Shown one piece after another: positions 27,470-36,945 of a stretch of 64,000 nt of DNA (the stretch's first letter is position 1; each line of letters starts with the position of its first letter). The notes beneath the pieces were generated by a model that did not search any database, was not told the DNA's origin, and saw nothing but the letters and a program-made list of their open reading frames with translations. The stretch covers positions 2,815-66,814 of the forward strand of contig PWJC01000044.1 in assembly GCA_003560165.1 (NCBI GenBank). The letters are read 5' to 3'. A program made the position numbers and the translations under genes. The DNA comes from Bacteroidales bacterium. Its GTDB lineage: Bacteria > Bacteroidota > Bacteroidia > Bacteroidales > UBA7960.

Positions 27470-29461
27470 TTATAAACCGGTCACCCTGAACTCGGTACGA
27501 CGGTTCAGGGCACGGCCCTCCTCCGTATCATTGGGGGCCACCGGATGGGTGTCGGCATAACCCCTGTAGGTGATCCTGTTGGGGTCAATGCCATGGGCGG
27601 GCAGGAAATCCCCCACGCTCCGGGCCCGTCTTTCCGACAGAGGCTGATTGTATTCAAAACTTCCCACATTGTCAGTATGCCCGCTCACTTCGATCTGCAC
27701 CCCGGGGTTCTCCTGCATGAACCCCAGGAGTTTTTCCAGTTCGGCCAGGGAGGAAGACTTCAACTGGTGGCTGGCGGTCTCGAAAAATACATTCCTGAGT
27801 ACCACCGAATGGCCTTCGCGCAGTGGCTGCAGCAGGATGTCGCGGTGGTGGGGCGATACCGTGGTGCGCACATCGGCGTAACTGAAATGCTCAGAGAAAA
27901 ACAAATACCCATCTTTCGACACATTCAGGGCCAGGTCCCTTCCCGTTGGGATGGGCACCAGGAAGCTTCCGTCTTCGGCATCCGACATGGATGACTGCAG
28001 GGGTTCACCGCTTTCCACATCGATCAGTTCAAAGCCGGCTTCCAGCGGCCTGCCCGTTTCGCTATCCGCAACCACCCCTTGCATATAGCTAACCGGTCGT
28101 GGCCGGGCCTGGGGGTAGAGCGTGAAGGTATACAGGTCGCTGCCCCCATACCCCCCTTCCATGTCGGAGGCAAACCAGGCGGTTTCGCCGCCGGCCCCAA
28201 CGATCAGGGCAAACTCATCGCCATGGGTATTGACCGGGTAACCCAGGTTCACGGGTGCGGTCCATTCGCCCTCCTCATTGCGGCGGGTGTAGAAGATGTC
28301 CAGCCCTCCCATTCCCGGATGTCCGTCGGAGGCAAAATACAGTGTCTGGCCATCGGGATGGATAAAGGGCGACAATTCCCTTCCGCCGGTATTGATTACC
28401 GCACCCATGTTCGTGGGGGTAGACCACTGCCCGTCTTCTTCCAGTGTGGCCACCCAAAGATCCATCGGGCCATGGCTGCCCTCACGGCTGCTGGCAAAAT
28501 ACAGGGTACGCCCATCGGCCGATATCGAAGGCTGGGAGTCCCAGGCCTCCGAATTCAGGGGTTTGCCGGGATTTACCGGTGTGCTCCAGGTGTTGCCCCG
28601 GCGGTTCGAATAATAGATATCGCAGCTTCCCACCCCGCCGGGGCGGTTGCAAGCCGTAAAAAACAATTGCCGGCCGTCGGCCGACAGGCTTTGGGCACCT
28701 TCGTTCCCGGCAGTGTTCAGTGGCGGGCCCAGGTTTTGTGCAGGGGTCCACTGCCCCTGGAGGAAATGGCTGATATAAAAATCCTCATAATAGCCGCCCC
28801 CCCGTATCCCCGGAGCCTCAGCCCTTTGTTTTTTTCGGGTGAATATCAGGGTTTGCTCATCGGCAGTGAGGGCCGGGCTGTATTCCTGGTCTGCAGAATT
28901 GATGGCCCGGCCCGGATTTACGGGCTCAAACGGCACGGGGTTGTCGATGGCCTTTATGGCAAATTCACAACGGGCCAGATAGTCCCTGGTATTTTCCACC
29001 AGGGGGGAAGTATCCCTTTCCACCTCCAGGAACCTCATCAGCTGCTGCCGGGCTTCGGCATAGTGGCCGGTGCGCAACAGGGCTTTACCGAGGTAATGGA
29101 AGGCCGGCAGAAAAAATCCGGGGTCGAGGGCAATTACCTGCCGGAAAGATGGGATGCTTTCCGCATACCCCCCGAGGGAAAAGTGTACCTCTGCCAGCAG
29201 CAGATGGGCCTCAATAAAACGGTCATCACGGCCAACAGCCCGTTCGAGCGAGGCTATGGCCGCCTGGTGGTCGTAAAGCCGGTATGCCTCCCAGGCCTGT
29301 TCATAGGCCTGCCCGGCCCGGCGGTCGGTAGTGGAGAGTTCCCTGCCCTCCTGAGCCACGGCGGGCATGCCGGGAGCCAGGCTCAGCCAGCACAAAATGA
29401 TCAGGCCGGGAAAACGGAACCATTCCATAAGCGCGAAAAAAAAGGTAGCGGTTGGCTGCAT
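27470..29461 (-). CDS. OmpA family protein with N-terminal TPR and TolB-like beta-propeller repeats
   Basis: 663 aa. It has a signal peptide, TPR-like helices and repeated SP.(L/I)S.DG..L(Y/F)F.S motifs (WD40-like/TolB). The C-terminal OmpA domain has GHTDNVGS..YN..LS..RA and RRTEF. An alternative start is ATG 29428. Confidence 0.8.
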   Translation of the reverse strand: MQPTATFFFALMEWFRFPGLIILCWLSLAPGMPAVAQEGRELSTTDRRAGQAYEQAWEAYRLYDHQAAIASLERAVGRDDRFIEAHLLLAEVHFSLGGYAESIPSFRQVIALDPGFFLPAFHYLGKALLRTGHYAEARQQLMRFLEVERDTSPLVENTRDYLARCEFAIKAIDNPVPFEPVNPGRAINSADQEYSPALTADEQTLIFTRKKQRAEAPGIRGGGYYEDFYISHFLQGQWTPAQNLGPPLNTAGNEGAQSLSADGRQLFFTACNRPGGVGSCDIYYSNRRGNTWSTPVNPGKPLNSEAWDSQPSISADGRTLYFASSREGSHGPMDLWVATLEEDGQWSTPTNMGAVINTGGRELSPFIHPDGQTLYFASDGHPGMGGLDIFYTRRNEEGEWTAPVNLGYPVNTHGDEFALIVGAGGETAWFASDMEGGYGGSDLYTFTLYPQARPRPVSYMQGVVADSETGRPLEAGFELIDVESGEPLQSSMSDAEDGSFLVPIPTGRDLALNVSKDGYLFFSEHFSYADVRTTVSPHHRDILLQPLREGHSVVLRNVFFETASHQLKSSSLAELEKLLGFMQENPGVQIEVSGHTDNVGSFEYNQPLSERRARSVGDFLPAHGIDPNRITYRGYADTHPVAPNDTEEGRALNRRTEFRVTGL

Positions 29462-29465
29462 TCGG

Positions 29466-30122
29466 TCAGGGGATGTTCATGAATTTATGGGATTGCAACG
29501 AAACCATCCATTGCGGATGTTGTTTTACGTAGTCGACAATCAGCGGCATCATCTCCCGGAACCGGCTCCATTCGGGCTGAAGAAACAGCCGGCAATTACT
29601 TCCTGTCTGGGCGGCGTTATTCTCTGCCCAGTCGAAATCTTCCCTGTCGTGAACGATCACTTTCAGCTCATCGGCCAAAAAAAGGATACCGGCAAGGGGA
29701 GGCTGGTTTTTTTTCGGCGAAATGCAGATCCAGTCGAAACGCCCCCGCAGGGGATAAGCACCGCAACTCTCCAGGTAGATCATCACCCCCTTTGCGGAAA
29801 GCTTGCTGCAAAGAAGACCCAGTTCGTACATCAGGGGCTCCCCTCCGGTGATTACCACGGCGTTGGCCGGGAAGGCATGTACGTAGTCAATAATATGGGA
29901 AACCGGGGTCAGAGGATGCAGGGATGCATCCCAGGCCTCCTTCACATCGCACCAGTGGCAACCCACATCACATCCCCCGATGCGCACAAATGCTGCAGGC
30001 TTTCCGGTATGCCAGCCTTCGCCCTGGATGGAATAAAACATCTCCATCACAGGCAGAAGCAATCCCTTTTCAAGCTTCTGCCGGTTGTCGGGATCAAGGT
30101 GGATCAGTTCGCAATCAGTCAA
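29466..30122 (-). CDS. queE: 7-carboxy-7-deazaguanine synthase (radical SAM)
   Basis: FYSIQGEGWHTGKPAAFVRIGGCDVGCHWCD carries the CxxxCxxC radical-SAM motif in a QueE context. The ORF-track start is TTG at 30122, 1 nt after the folD stop, so the exact start is uncertain. Confidence 0.8.
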   Translation of the reverse strand: MTDCELIHLDPDNRQKLEKGLLLPVMEMFYSIQGEGWHTGKPAAFVRIGGCDVGCHWCDVKEAWDASLHPLTPVSHIIDYVHAFPANAVVITGGEPLMYELGLLCSKLSAKGVMIYLESCGAYPLRGRFDWICISPKKNQPPLAGILFLADELKVIVHDREDFDWAENNAAQTGSNCRLFLQPEWSRFREMMPLIVDYVKQHPQWMVSLQSHKFMNIP

Positions 30123-30123
30123 A

Positions 30124-31005
30124 TCAGCCGTATATTTCTTTTTTTGATGCTTTCAGGGTATTCATCAGCAGGGAAACAATGGTCATCGGTCCTACTCCGC
30201 CAGGAACAGGGGTTATGTGGGAGGCTTTTTCAGACACTTCATCAAAGCGCACATCGCCAACCAGGCGGAAACCCGACCTGGTATCGGCCGAAGGCACCCT
30301 GTGGATCCCCACATCGATCACCACGGCCCCTTCCCTGACCATGTCGGCGGTCACAAACCCGGGCCGGCCAATGGCCACGATCAGGATATCGGCCCGGGAG
30401 GTGATTCCGGCCAGGTTTTTTGTCTTGCTGTGGCAGGTGGTCACCGTGGCATTGCCCGGCTCTGCATTCCGTGCCATCAGCAGCCCCATAGGCTTGCCAA
30501 CGATATTGCTGCGGCCGAGGATGACACAGTTTTTCCCTGTGGTACTGATGCGGCTGCGCATGAAGAGTTCCATGATGCCGTGGGGGGTGGCGCTCACATA
30601 GGAGGGCAGCCCGATGGTCATGCGGCCGACATTTACCGGGTGAAACCCATCCACGTCCTTTTCGGGGCGAATATGCTGAATAACCTTTTGGTTGTCAATC
30701 TGGTCGGGCAACGGAAGCTGCACGATCAAGCCGTCGACAACCGGATCGTTGTTGATGAATTCAACCGCTTCCAGGATCTCATTTTCAGAAGCCGAGGCAG
30801 GAAAACGGTAAACGGAAGAGTCGAAACCCACCTCCTTGCAGGCCTTCGATTTATTGTTCACATAGGTGTCGCTGGCCGGGTCGTCTCCCACCAATATGGC
30901 CGCCAGGTGAGGGATTTTGCCTCCCTTGCCGGTGATCCGCCTGACCTCTTCTGCAATCTCTTTCTTTATGGTTGCCGAAATACTTTTCCCGTCGATGATC
31001 TGCAT
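30124..31005 (-). CDS. folD: bifunctional methylenetetrahydrofolate dehydrogenase/methenyltetrahydrofolate cyclohydrolase
   Basis: 293 aa with [47 protein letters not shown] and [11 protein letters not shown]. Confidence 0.95.
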   Translation of the reverse strand: MQIIDGKSISATIKKEIAEEVRRITGKGGKIPHLAAILVGDDPASDTYVNNKSKACKEVGFDSSVYRFPASASENEILEAVEFINNDPVVDGLIVQLPLPDQIDNQKVIQHIRPEKDVDGFHPVNVGRMTIGLPSYVSATPHGIMELFMRSRISTTGKNCVILGRSNIVGKPMGLLMARNAEPGNATVTTCHSKTKNLAGITSRADILIVAIGRPGFVTADMVREGAVVIDVGIHRVPSADTRSGFRLVGDVRFDEVSEKASHITPVPGGVGPMTIVSLLMNTLKASKKEIYG

Positions 31006-31053
31006 AGCTGTATTGTTTTAAATTCTTTGGCCTTTTACTTGCCATTGCAGGAG

Positions 31054-31079
31054 ACCGGCAGCCGCCTCCCCCTGCCGGC
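31054..31079 (-). terminator. stem-loop just downstream of ffh (putative terminator or processing site)
   Basis: ACCGGCAG(31054-31061) pairs with CTGCCGGC(31072-31079) as an 8-bp GC-rich stem. No clear U-tract follows. Confidence 0.35.
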
Positions 31080-31084
31080 AGGCA

Positions 31085-32425
31085 TTAACGTTTCATTGCG
31101 CCCATGTTGCGCATCATATTCGTCATTTTGCCCTTGCCCCCGGTGGTCATCATGCGCATCATCTTCCGGGTATCGGCAAACTGGTTGATGAGTTTGTTCA
31201 CCTCCCGGATATCGGTGCCCGCCCCGCTGGCGATCCGCTTTCTGCGGCTCCCGTTCAAAATGGCGGGATTTTCACGTTCGGCCGGGGTCATCGAATAAAT
31301 GATGGCTTCAATGCCCTTAAAGGCATCGTCTTCCAGGTCAACGTCCCTGATGGCCTTCCCCATGCCCGGGATCATGCCCATGAGGTCTTTCACATTGCCC
31401 ATTTTCTTTATCTGCTGCAACTGTGACAGAAAGTCGTTGAAATTGAACTGGTTTTTGGCGATTTTTTTCTGAAGCTGACGCGCCGATTCCTCGTCGTATT
31501 GTTCCTGTGCCTTTTCAACCAGCGACACGATATCGCCCATGCCCAGTATCCTGTCGGCCATACGGCGGGGGTGGAATACATCGATGGCATCCACCTTCTC
31601 GCCAATACCGACAAATTTTATGGGCTTGTTGACCACCGAGCGCACGGTAAGGGCGGCACCGCCCCGGGTATCCCCGTCCAGTTTGGTCAGCACCACCCCA
31701 TCGTAATCCAGCCTCTCGTTGAAGGCCCTGGCCGTGTTCACGGCATCCTGCCCCGTCATGGCGTCCACCACAAAAAGGGTTTCCTGTGGGTTCAGGGCCT
31801 TTTTCAGAGAGGCGATCTCGTCCATCATCCGCCCATCGATGGCCAAACGGCCGGCAGTATCGACAATGATCACCTGGTGCCCCATGGTCCTGGCATGGGC
31901 AAGGGCCCTGCGGGCAATGGCCACGGCATCCGTTGGGTTTTCTTCGGAATACACCTCCACGCCGATCTGATCTCCAAGCACCTTAAGCTGTTCGATGGCG
32001 GCAGGGCGGTAAATGTCGCATGCGGCCAGGAGGACCTTCCTGCTTTTCTTTCCCTTGAGGTGGTTGGCCAGTTTGGCCGAGAAAGTAGTCTTGCCACTAC
32101 CCTGCAAACCGGTTACCAATACAACGGCCGGGCTGCCCTTGAGGTTGATTTCCTCGTGGGTAGCACCCATCAGCCGGGTAAGTTCTTCGTGCACCACCTT
32201 GACCATGAGCTGCCCGGGCGAAACCGCGGTCAGCACATTGCGGCCCATGGCCTCTTCCTTTACTTTTTCGGTAAAGGATTTGGCAATCCGGTAATTGACG
32301 TCGGCATCGATCAGCGCGCGCCGGATGTCTTTGAGCGACTCGGCCACATTGATCTCCGAAATATGGCCCTGCCCCTTGATCACTTTGAACGCCTTGTCCA
32401 ACCGGTCACTAAGATTCTCAAACAT
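31085..32425 (-). CDS. ffh: signal recognition particle protein
   Basis: 446 aa with MFENLSDRLDKAFK, GLQGSGKTTF, DTAGR, TKLDGD.RGGAA and a Met-rich M domain. Confidence 0.97.
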   Translation of the reverse strand: MFENLSDRLDKAFKVIKGQGHISEINVAESLKDIRRALIDADVNYRIAKSFTEKVKEEAMGRNVLTAVSPGQLMVKVVHEELTRLMGATHEEINLKGSPAVVLVTGLQGSGKTTFSAKLANHLKGKKSRKVLLAACDIYRPAAIEQLKVLGDQIGVEVYSEENPTDAVAIARRALAHARTMGHQVIIVDTAGRLAIDGRMMDEIASLKKALNPQETLFVVDAMTGQDAVNTARAFNERLDYDGVVLTKLDGDTRGGAALTVRSVVNKPIKFVGIGEKVDAIDVFHPRRMADRILGMGDIVSLVEKAQEQYDEESARQLQKKIAKNQFNFNDFLSQLQQIKKMGNVKDLMGMIPGMGKAIRDVDLEDDAFKGIEAIIYSMTPAERENPAILNGSRRKRIASGAGTDIREVNKLINQFADTRKMMRMMTTGGKGKMTNMMRNMGAMKR

Positions 32426-32456
32426 ATTCGCTTAACTGATTTTTTCGTTTTTAATG

Positions 32457-32472
32457 AATTTTGTACAAAATT
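32457..32472. promoter_or_regulatory. perfect 16-bp palindrome AATTTTGTACAAAATT overlapping the ffh -7 box
   Basis: The sequence equals its own reverse complement. The minus-strand half supplies TAATTTTG (32473-32466), 40 nt upstream of the ffh ATG. Confidence 0.45.
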
Positions 32473-32528
32473 ACCATTAATTCTGCTATTAATCCACTTT
32501 AATCGGGCGGGGCTATGTTGATTTTAGT

Positions 32529-32536
32529 TAACTTTG
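32529..32536 (+). promoter_or_regulatory. candidate -7 promoter box for the TPR protein gene
   Basis: TAACTTTG is an exact TAnnTTTG match, 40 nt upstream of ATG 32577. Confidence 0.45.
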
Positions 32537-32576
32537 CCCTGACCGGAAAAGGGTTTGTTGCCCGCCCCGGACAACA

Positions 32577-33965
32577 ATGAAAATGGAAAACAGACAGCCC
32601 ATTCCCTGGCAGGTAAGCCGCTACGAAGACCTACGCAACACAGGGCGATCGGTCTATTTCGACGTGGACGACTTTGAGGAGATCATTGATCACTACCTGG
32701 CAGATGGGGCCTACCAGGAGGCCTTGCACATTGCTGAACATGCCAGCGGCGTGCATCCTTCCTCCATCCCCATTATGCTCAAAAAAGCCCAGCTGCTCGC
32801 TTCTTTCAACAAGGAAGACCATGCCCTGGACCTGCTTACCACGGTCGAGACCCTCGATCCCCACAACAACGACATCTTTCTGACCAAAGGGGCCATCTAT
32901 TCCCAGCTAAAAAACTACGAAAAGGCCATAGAGGAATACAACAAGGCCGTTTTCGGTGCCGACGAACCCGATTTTGTCTATTGCAACATTGCTTTCGAAT
33001 ACGAAAACCTGGGCAACTTTGACAAGACCCTGGAGTACCTCGACAAGGCCCTGAGCATCAACCCCGACAACGACCTGGCCATTTACGAGGCCGCCTATTG
33101 CTTTGACCTGCTTTCCCTTACCGAAGAAGGCATCTCCTTTTTTCAGCGTCTTATCGACAGAAACCCCTATAGCACCGAAGCCTGGTTCAACCTGGGGGTG
33201 TCGTACATCAATGCCGGGCATTACGAACGCGCAATGCAAGCCCTGGACTATGCCCTACTGATCGACGGCAAGCACGAACACTCCTGGTTTCACAAAGGCT
33301 ATGCCCTGAGCCTGATGAACCGCCACAACGAATCCATTGAGGCATATAAACAATCGATGGACAGCGGCGAAGACGATGCCATGAAATGCTATTACATTGG
33401 CGAATGCTACGAAAAGATGGAAGAATACGCCATGGCCAGGGAATGGTACCTCAAGGGCACAGAGAGAGACCCAACCCTGGCCGATGCCTGGATCGGTATC
33501 GGTGTTTGCGAGATAGAAGAGGGCAATGCCCCCGCTTCGGTAAATTATTTCAAGAAAGGCATCGAGCTCGATCCCGACAACGTGAGCTACCTTTGCCTGC
33601 TGGCCAATGCCTATTTCGTGCAGGGCCACTACGAAGACACCTGGCTCACCTACGAAAAGGCACTGAAACTCGATCCTGACGATGAGGAGACCTGGCTGGA
33701 ATATGCCGAAACCCTTTCCAATGCAGGCAAACATTCCGAAGCCCATCAGCTGCTGCACAGGGGCACGCAATCCATGCCCGGGAACAATACCCTGCTATAC
33801 AGCATGGCGGCTTTCCTGTTCATGGATGGCAAGGTGCAGCAAGGCACCTTTTTCCTTGAAGAAGCCTGCAACCTTGCCCCCGGCGGGCTGAAGGCCCTTA
33901 CCCGCCGCTTTCCCGCAATTACCGGCAATGCCCCCTTCATGGAAGCAGCCGACAGGCTTGCCTGA
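32577..33965 (+). CDS. tetratricopeptide repeat protein
   Basis: 462 aa with serial 34-aa TPR-like units (A..Y...L..DP.N..A) throughout. No signal peptide is obvious. Confidence 0.75.
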   Translation: MKMENRQPIPWQVSRYEDLRNTGRSVYFDVDDFEEIIDHYLADGAYQEALHIAEHASGVHPSSIPIMLKKAQLLASFNKEDHALDLLTTVETLDPHNNDIFLTKGAIYSQLKNYEKAIEEYNKAVFGADEPDFVYCNIAFEYENLGNFDKTLEYLDKALSINPDNDLAIYEAAYCFDLLSLTEEGISFFQRLIDRNPYSTEAWFNLGVSYINAGHYERAMQALDYALLIDGKHEHSWFHKGYALSLMNRHNESIEAYKQSMDSGEDDAMKCYYIGECYEKMEEYAMAREWYLKGTERDPTLADAWIGIGVCEIEEGNAPASVNYFKKGIELDPDNVSYLCLLANAYFVQGHYEDTWLTYEKALKLDPDDEETWLEYAETLSNAGKHSEAHQLLHRGTQSMPGNNTLLYSMAAFLFMDGKVQQGTFFLEEACNLAPGGLKALTRRFPAITGNAPFMEAADRLA

Positions 33966-34009
33966 CAAAGAACGCTTCAATCATCAGACACCCTGAGAAC
34001 TGTTTGTGT

Positions 34010-34792
34010 ATGAGACCCGGTATGCTCCCCAAAAGAGAAGTAAAACCAAGAAAAACCGGTGTTACCATGGTCATGGACAAAGGCCTGGGCCTGCGGCAGG
34101 CCGAAGACCTTTGCGAAACCACCGGACACCTGATCGATTTCGTAAAACTCGGCTTCGGCACCTCGGTGGTATGCCGGCAGGTGAAAGAAAAGGTCCGGAT
34201 GTACCAGTCGCAGGGAATTGGAGTATTTGTGGGCGGGACCCTGTTCGAAGCCTTCCTGGTCAGGGAACAGCTGGATGAATACATCAGGTATATCGACGAC
34301 CTGGGTTGTGACGCCATGGAGATATCCGATGGGTCCATCCTGCTGCCACACGAAGAAAAATGCCGGCTGATCGGGCGTTTTGCCTCAACCTATACCGTGT
34401 TGTCGGAGGTGGGCGCAAAAGACGCCACAGTGGAAGCCGATCCGGCCACCTGGGCGCGGTCCATGAGCCTAGAGCTCAGGGCCGGCAGTTCCTTTGTGAT
34501 CGGCGAAGCCAGGGAAAGCGGCAACGTGGGTTTGTACCGAAAGGACGGGCAGGCCGACGACTCCCTGGTCCGTGGCATTATGGCGGCCGTTGCCCGGGAG
34601 AAAGTGATTTGGGAAGCCCCCCTGAAGCATCAACAGTTGTGGTTCGTCCGGCTTCTGGGCACCAATGTGAACCTGGGCAATATCGACCCGGCCGAAGTGG
34701 CGGCCCTGGAAACGCTCCGGCTGGGGCTCAGGGGAGATACCTTCTTCGACTTCCTCCCCGAAGCATTCGCCAGCCGGAAACTAAAAGGGTAG
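34010..34792 (+). CDS. phosphosulfolactate synthase (ComA family)
   Basis: MLPKREVKPRKTGVTMVMDKGLGLRQAEDL...GHLIDFVKLGFGTSVV resembles ComA/YitD N-termini (KPR..G.T...DKG...IDFVKFGWGTS). The start is ATG 34010 or 34022; the ORF-track TTG is at 34004. Confidence 0.7.
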   Translation: MRPGMLPKREVKPRKTGVTMVMDKGLGLRQAEDLCETTGHLIDFVKLGFGTSVVCRQVKEKVRMYQSQGIGVFVGGTLFEAFLVREQLDEYIRYIDDLGCDAMEISDGSILLPHEEKCRLIGRFASTYTVLSEVGAKDATVEADPATWARSMSLELRAGSSFVIGEARESGNVGLYRKDGQADDSLVRGIMAAVAREKVIWEAPLKHQQLWFVRLLGTNVNLGNIDPAEVAALETLRLGLRGDTFFDFLPEAFASRKLKG

Positions 34793-34853
34793 CAGGTCAA
34801 CTGCCACCTGCCGGCGAAACAGCCGGGGGGTACCCAAAAACAGCCAATACCTT

Positions 34854-35810
34854 ATGAGGGAAAGATCAGCGGGAGATTATTTATTGGTGGTGTTGCGAGG
34901 CATGGGTATGGGAGCCTTTGATCTGGTCCCCGGCGTGTCGGGCGGCACCATCGCCTTTATCACCGGTATTTACGAAGAGCTGGTCATGAGCATCCGTTCG
35001 GTGAATGCCGGACTGCTCAGGGTGTTGCGCGAACAAGGCTTTGCCACAGCATGGGCAAGGGTCAACGGGAATTTCCTGCTTGCCCTTGGCAGCGGCATCC
35101 TGATCAGCATCTTTTCCCTGGCCCGGCTGATGTCGTGGGTGCTCGAGCTTTACCCCCTGCAGGTCTGGGCTTTCTTCTTTGGGCTGATTGCAGGGAGTGC
35201 CGTATTTATCGGGAAAAAGATCAGGCGCCGGACCCCCCTTGCCCTGCTTTTTTTGATACTTGGCACCGTTCTGGCCTATTATGTGACCATAGCCACACCG
35301 GCCTCACCCCCCGAAACCCTTTGGTTCGTTTTCCTGTCGGGCAGCATCGCCCTGTGTGCCATGATACTGCCTGGCATCTCAGGAGCATTCATCCTCATCC
35401 TGCTGGGCATGTACGAAACCATGCTTCAGGCGGCAGGACAGCTAAACATCCCGGTAATCGCCGTCTTTGCCCTGGGGGGAGTCGCAGGGCTGATCGCTTT
35501 CGCCAACCTGATCGGCTGGCTTTTCCGCACACACCCCAATGCGACCCTGGCCCTGCTTTCGGGCTTCATGATCGGATCGCTGAACAAATTATGGCCCTGG
35601 AAAAAAGTGCTGGAAACACGCATCGGCAGGCTTGGCGAGGAAATCCCGGTTGTGGAACAGAACATCACTCCCTGGCGCTGGGCCTCCCTTCACGGCGAAG
35701 ACCCCAGGGTACTGGCTGTCTTGCTGATGGCAGCGGCCGGCCTGGCCCTCATCTTTGTCCTGAACGCGATGTTCAAGACTCCAGACGGCGCTTCTTATCC
35801 CAGACAATAA
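34854..35810 (+). CDS. DUF368 family membrane protein (PopT-like polyprenyl-phosphate translocase family)
   Basis: 318 aa, polytopic, with the duplicated motif PGVSGGTIAFITGIYE ... LPGISGAFILILLGMYE characteristic of DUF368. Confidence 0.75.
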   Translation: MRERSAGDYLLVVLRGMGMGAFDLVPGVSGGTIAFITGIYEELVMSIRSVNAGLLRVLREQGFATAWARVNGNFLLALGSGILISIFSLARLMSWVLELYPLQVWAFFFGLIAGSAVFIGKKIRRRTPLALLFLILGTVLAYYVTIATPASPPETLWFVFLSGSIALCAMILPGISGAFILILLGMYETMLQAAGQLNIPVIAVFALGGVAGLIAFANLIGWLFRTHPNATLALLSGFMIGSLNKLWPWKKVLETRIGRLGEEIPVVEQNITPWRWASLHGEDPRVLAVLLMAAAGLALIFVLNAMFKTPDGASYPRQ

Positions 35811-36360
35811 TAAGCAATCCGGTAAAAACCACGCCGAAAAGAATGCCGAGAGCGGGGTTTACCCCTTCGACCGGTTCGCCAAAAGATCGGTAGATGCCAG
35901 CGAATAAGGCACTGATCCCGGTTAACAGCATGGAGAAAAACAAAAAGTGGTCGAAAATCCGTTCCAGGCGGCTGGGCCGGGCTTTGGACCCTGGCCTCGC
36001 AACCGGACGATAAACCGGACGGTAAGTGGCAGCAGAGGTCCGCCCCGGACGGTAATACACCTTTTTGCCCAGGCTGCCCTGCCGAAGTCGCAGATCGTAC
36101 ATCCTTCGCCTTTGGGGATCCCTGAGCACCTGGTAGGCCTCATTGATCTTCTGAAAATCGCCGCTGGCCCCTTTGCCGGAATTCACATCGGGATGAAGGC
36201 GTTTTGCCCGCATCCGGAATGCCTGGCGGATGCTCTCGGGGCTGGCACCGGGCCTCAGGCCAAGTATGGAATAATAGTTGCTCAAGGCAGCCGTGGTTTT
36301 GAACCGATAAAGGTAATCAGCAGATACAATATAATCAAGGGCAGGGCGGTAATTTGGCAT
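35773..36360 (-). CDS. J-domain protein with C-terminal membrane anchor
   Basis: YYSILGLRPGASPESIRQAFRMRAKRLHPDVN...INEAYQVLRDPQRR is a J domain with an HPD motif. Two C-terminal hydrophobic helices follow. There is a 38-nt tail-to-tail overlap with the DUF368 gene. Confidence 0.7.
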   Translation of the reverse strand: MPNYRPALDYIVSADYLYRFKTTAALSNYYSILGLRPGASPESIRQAFRMRAKRLHPDVNSGKGASGDFQKINEAYQVLRDPQRRRMYDLRLRQGSLGKKVYYRPGRTSAATYRPVYRPVARPGSKARPSRLERIFDHFLFFSMLLTGISALFAGIYRSFGEPVEGVNPALGILFGVVFTGLLIIVWDKKRRLES

Positions 36361-36539
36361 GTTGCCGGATAGGACCCGCGAAGGGACTGGTCAGGCAGGC
36401 AAAATGCCCGTTTGCAAGAGAATCGGTTTCACTGCAAACAAAAAAATGCATCTCCGTTTGTCTGTAATAAAAAAAATGACGTACTTTGCACTCCTTTAAA
36501 AAATGTTCATCCGTCGTTCGGACATAAATCACTTCAGCA

Positions 36540-36776
36540 ATGTCACGTATTTGCCAGATAACCGGAAAGAGACCCATTACAGGGCATAAAGTATCCCACT
36601 CCAATATCAAGACCAACAGGTGGTTTTATCCCAATATACAGGAGAAAAAATTCTTTATCCCCGAAGAGGATCGCTGGATCACCCTCAAGGTGTCATCAAA
36701 AGGGATCCGCACCATTAACAAAATAGGCATCTACGCCTCCCTGAAAGAGGCCCGGCAAAAGGGCTTCATCAAATAG
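36540..36776 (+). CDS. rpmB: 50S ribosomal protein L28
   Basis: 78 aa. [38 protein letters not shown] is the canonical bL28 sequence. Confidence 0.95.
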   Translation: MSRICQITGKRPITGHKVSHSNIKTNRWFYPNIQEKKFFIPEEDRWITLKVSSKGIRTINKIGIYASLKEARQKGFIK

Positions 36777-36802
36777 ATGCCCGGGCATCAGGAACAGACA
36801 TG

Positions 36803-36836
36803 GCTGTTGCGGGTGAACCGCAGCAGCTTTTTTTTT
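36803..36836 (+). terminator. intrinsic terminator of rpmB
   Basis: GCTGTTGCGG pairs with CCGCAGCAGC (10 bp, one G-U pair) around a 5-nt loop, followed by T9 (36828-36836). Confidence 0.8.
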
Positions 36837-36945
36837 CGGGGCCGCCCGGCGCGGTTTCGTTAAATAAACATAATTGAAAACACAAAACCCGGGCAGACTT
36901 TTGCAATTGCATGCATTATTCATACTTTTATTGAAACATTCCCTC

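Noticed and set aside
35773-35810. Tail-to-tail gene overlaps: DUF368/J-domain 38 nt, hldD/acpH 7 nt and lysC/dehydrogenase 4 nt.
   Set aside because: Convergent 3' overlaps of this size are common in compact genomes, and nothing suggests a regulatory or frameshift mechanism.
36777-36945. Expected rpmG (L33) gene downstream of rpmB.
   Set aside because: No small L33-like ORF was found. A strong rpmB terminator (36803-36836) sits there instead, so rpmB appears monocistronic here.
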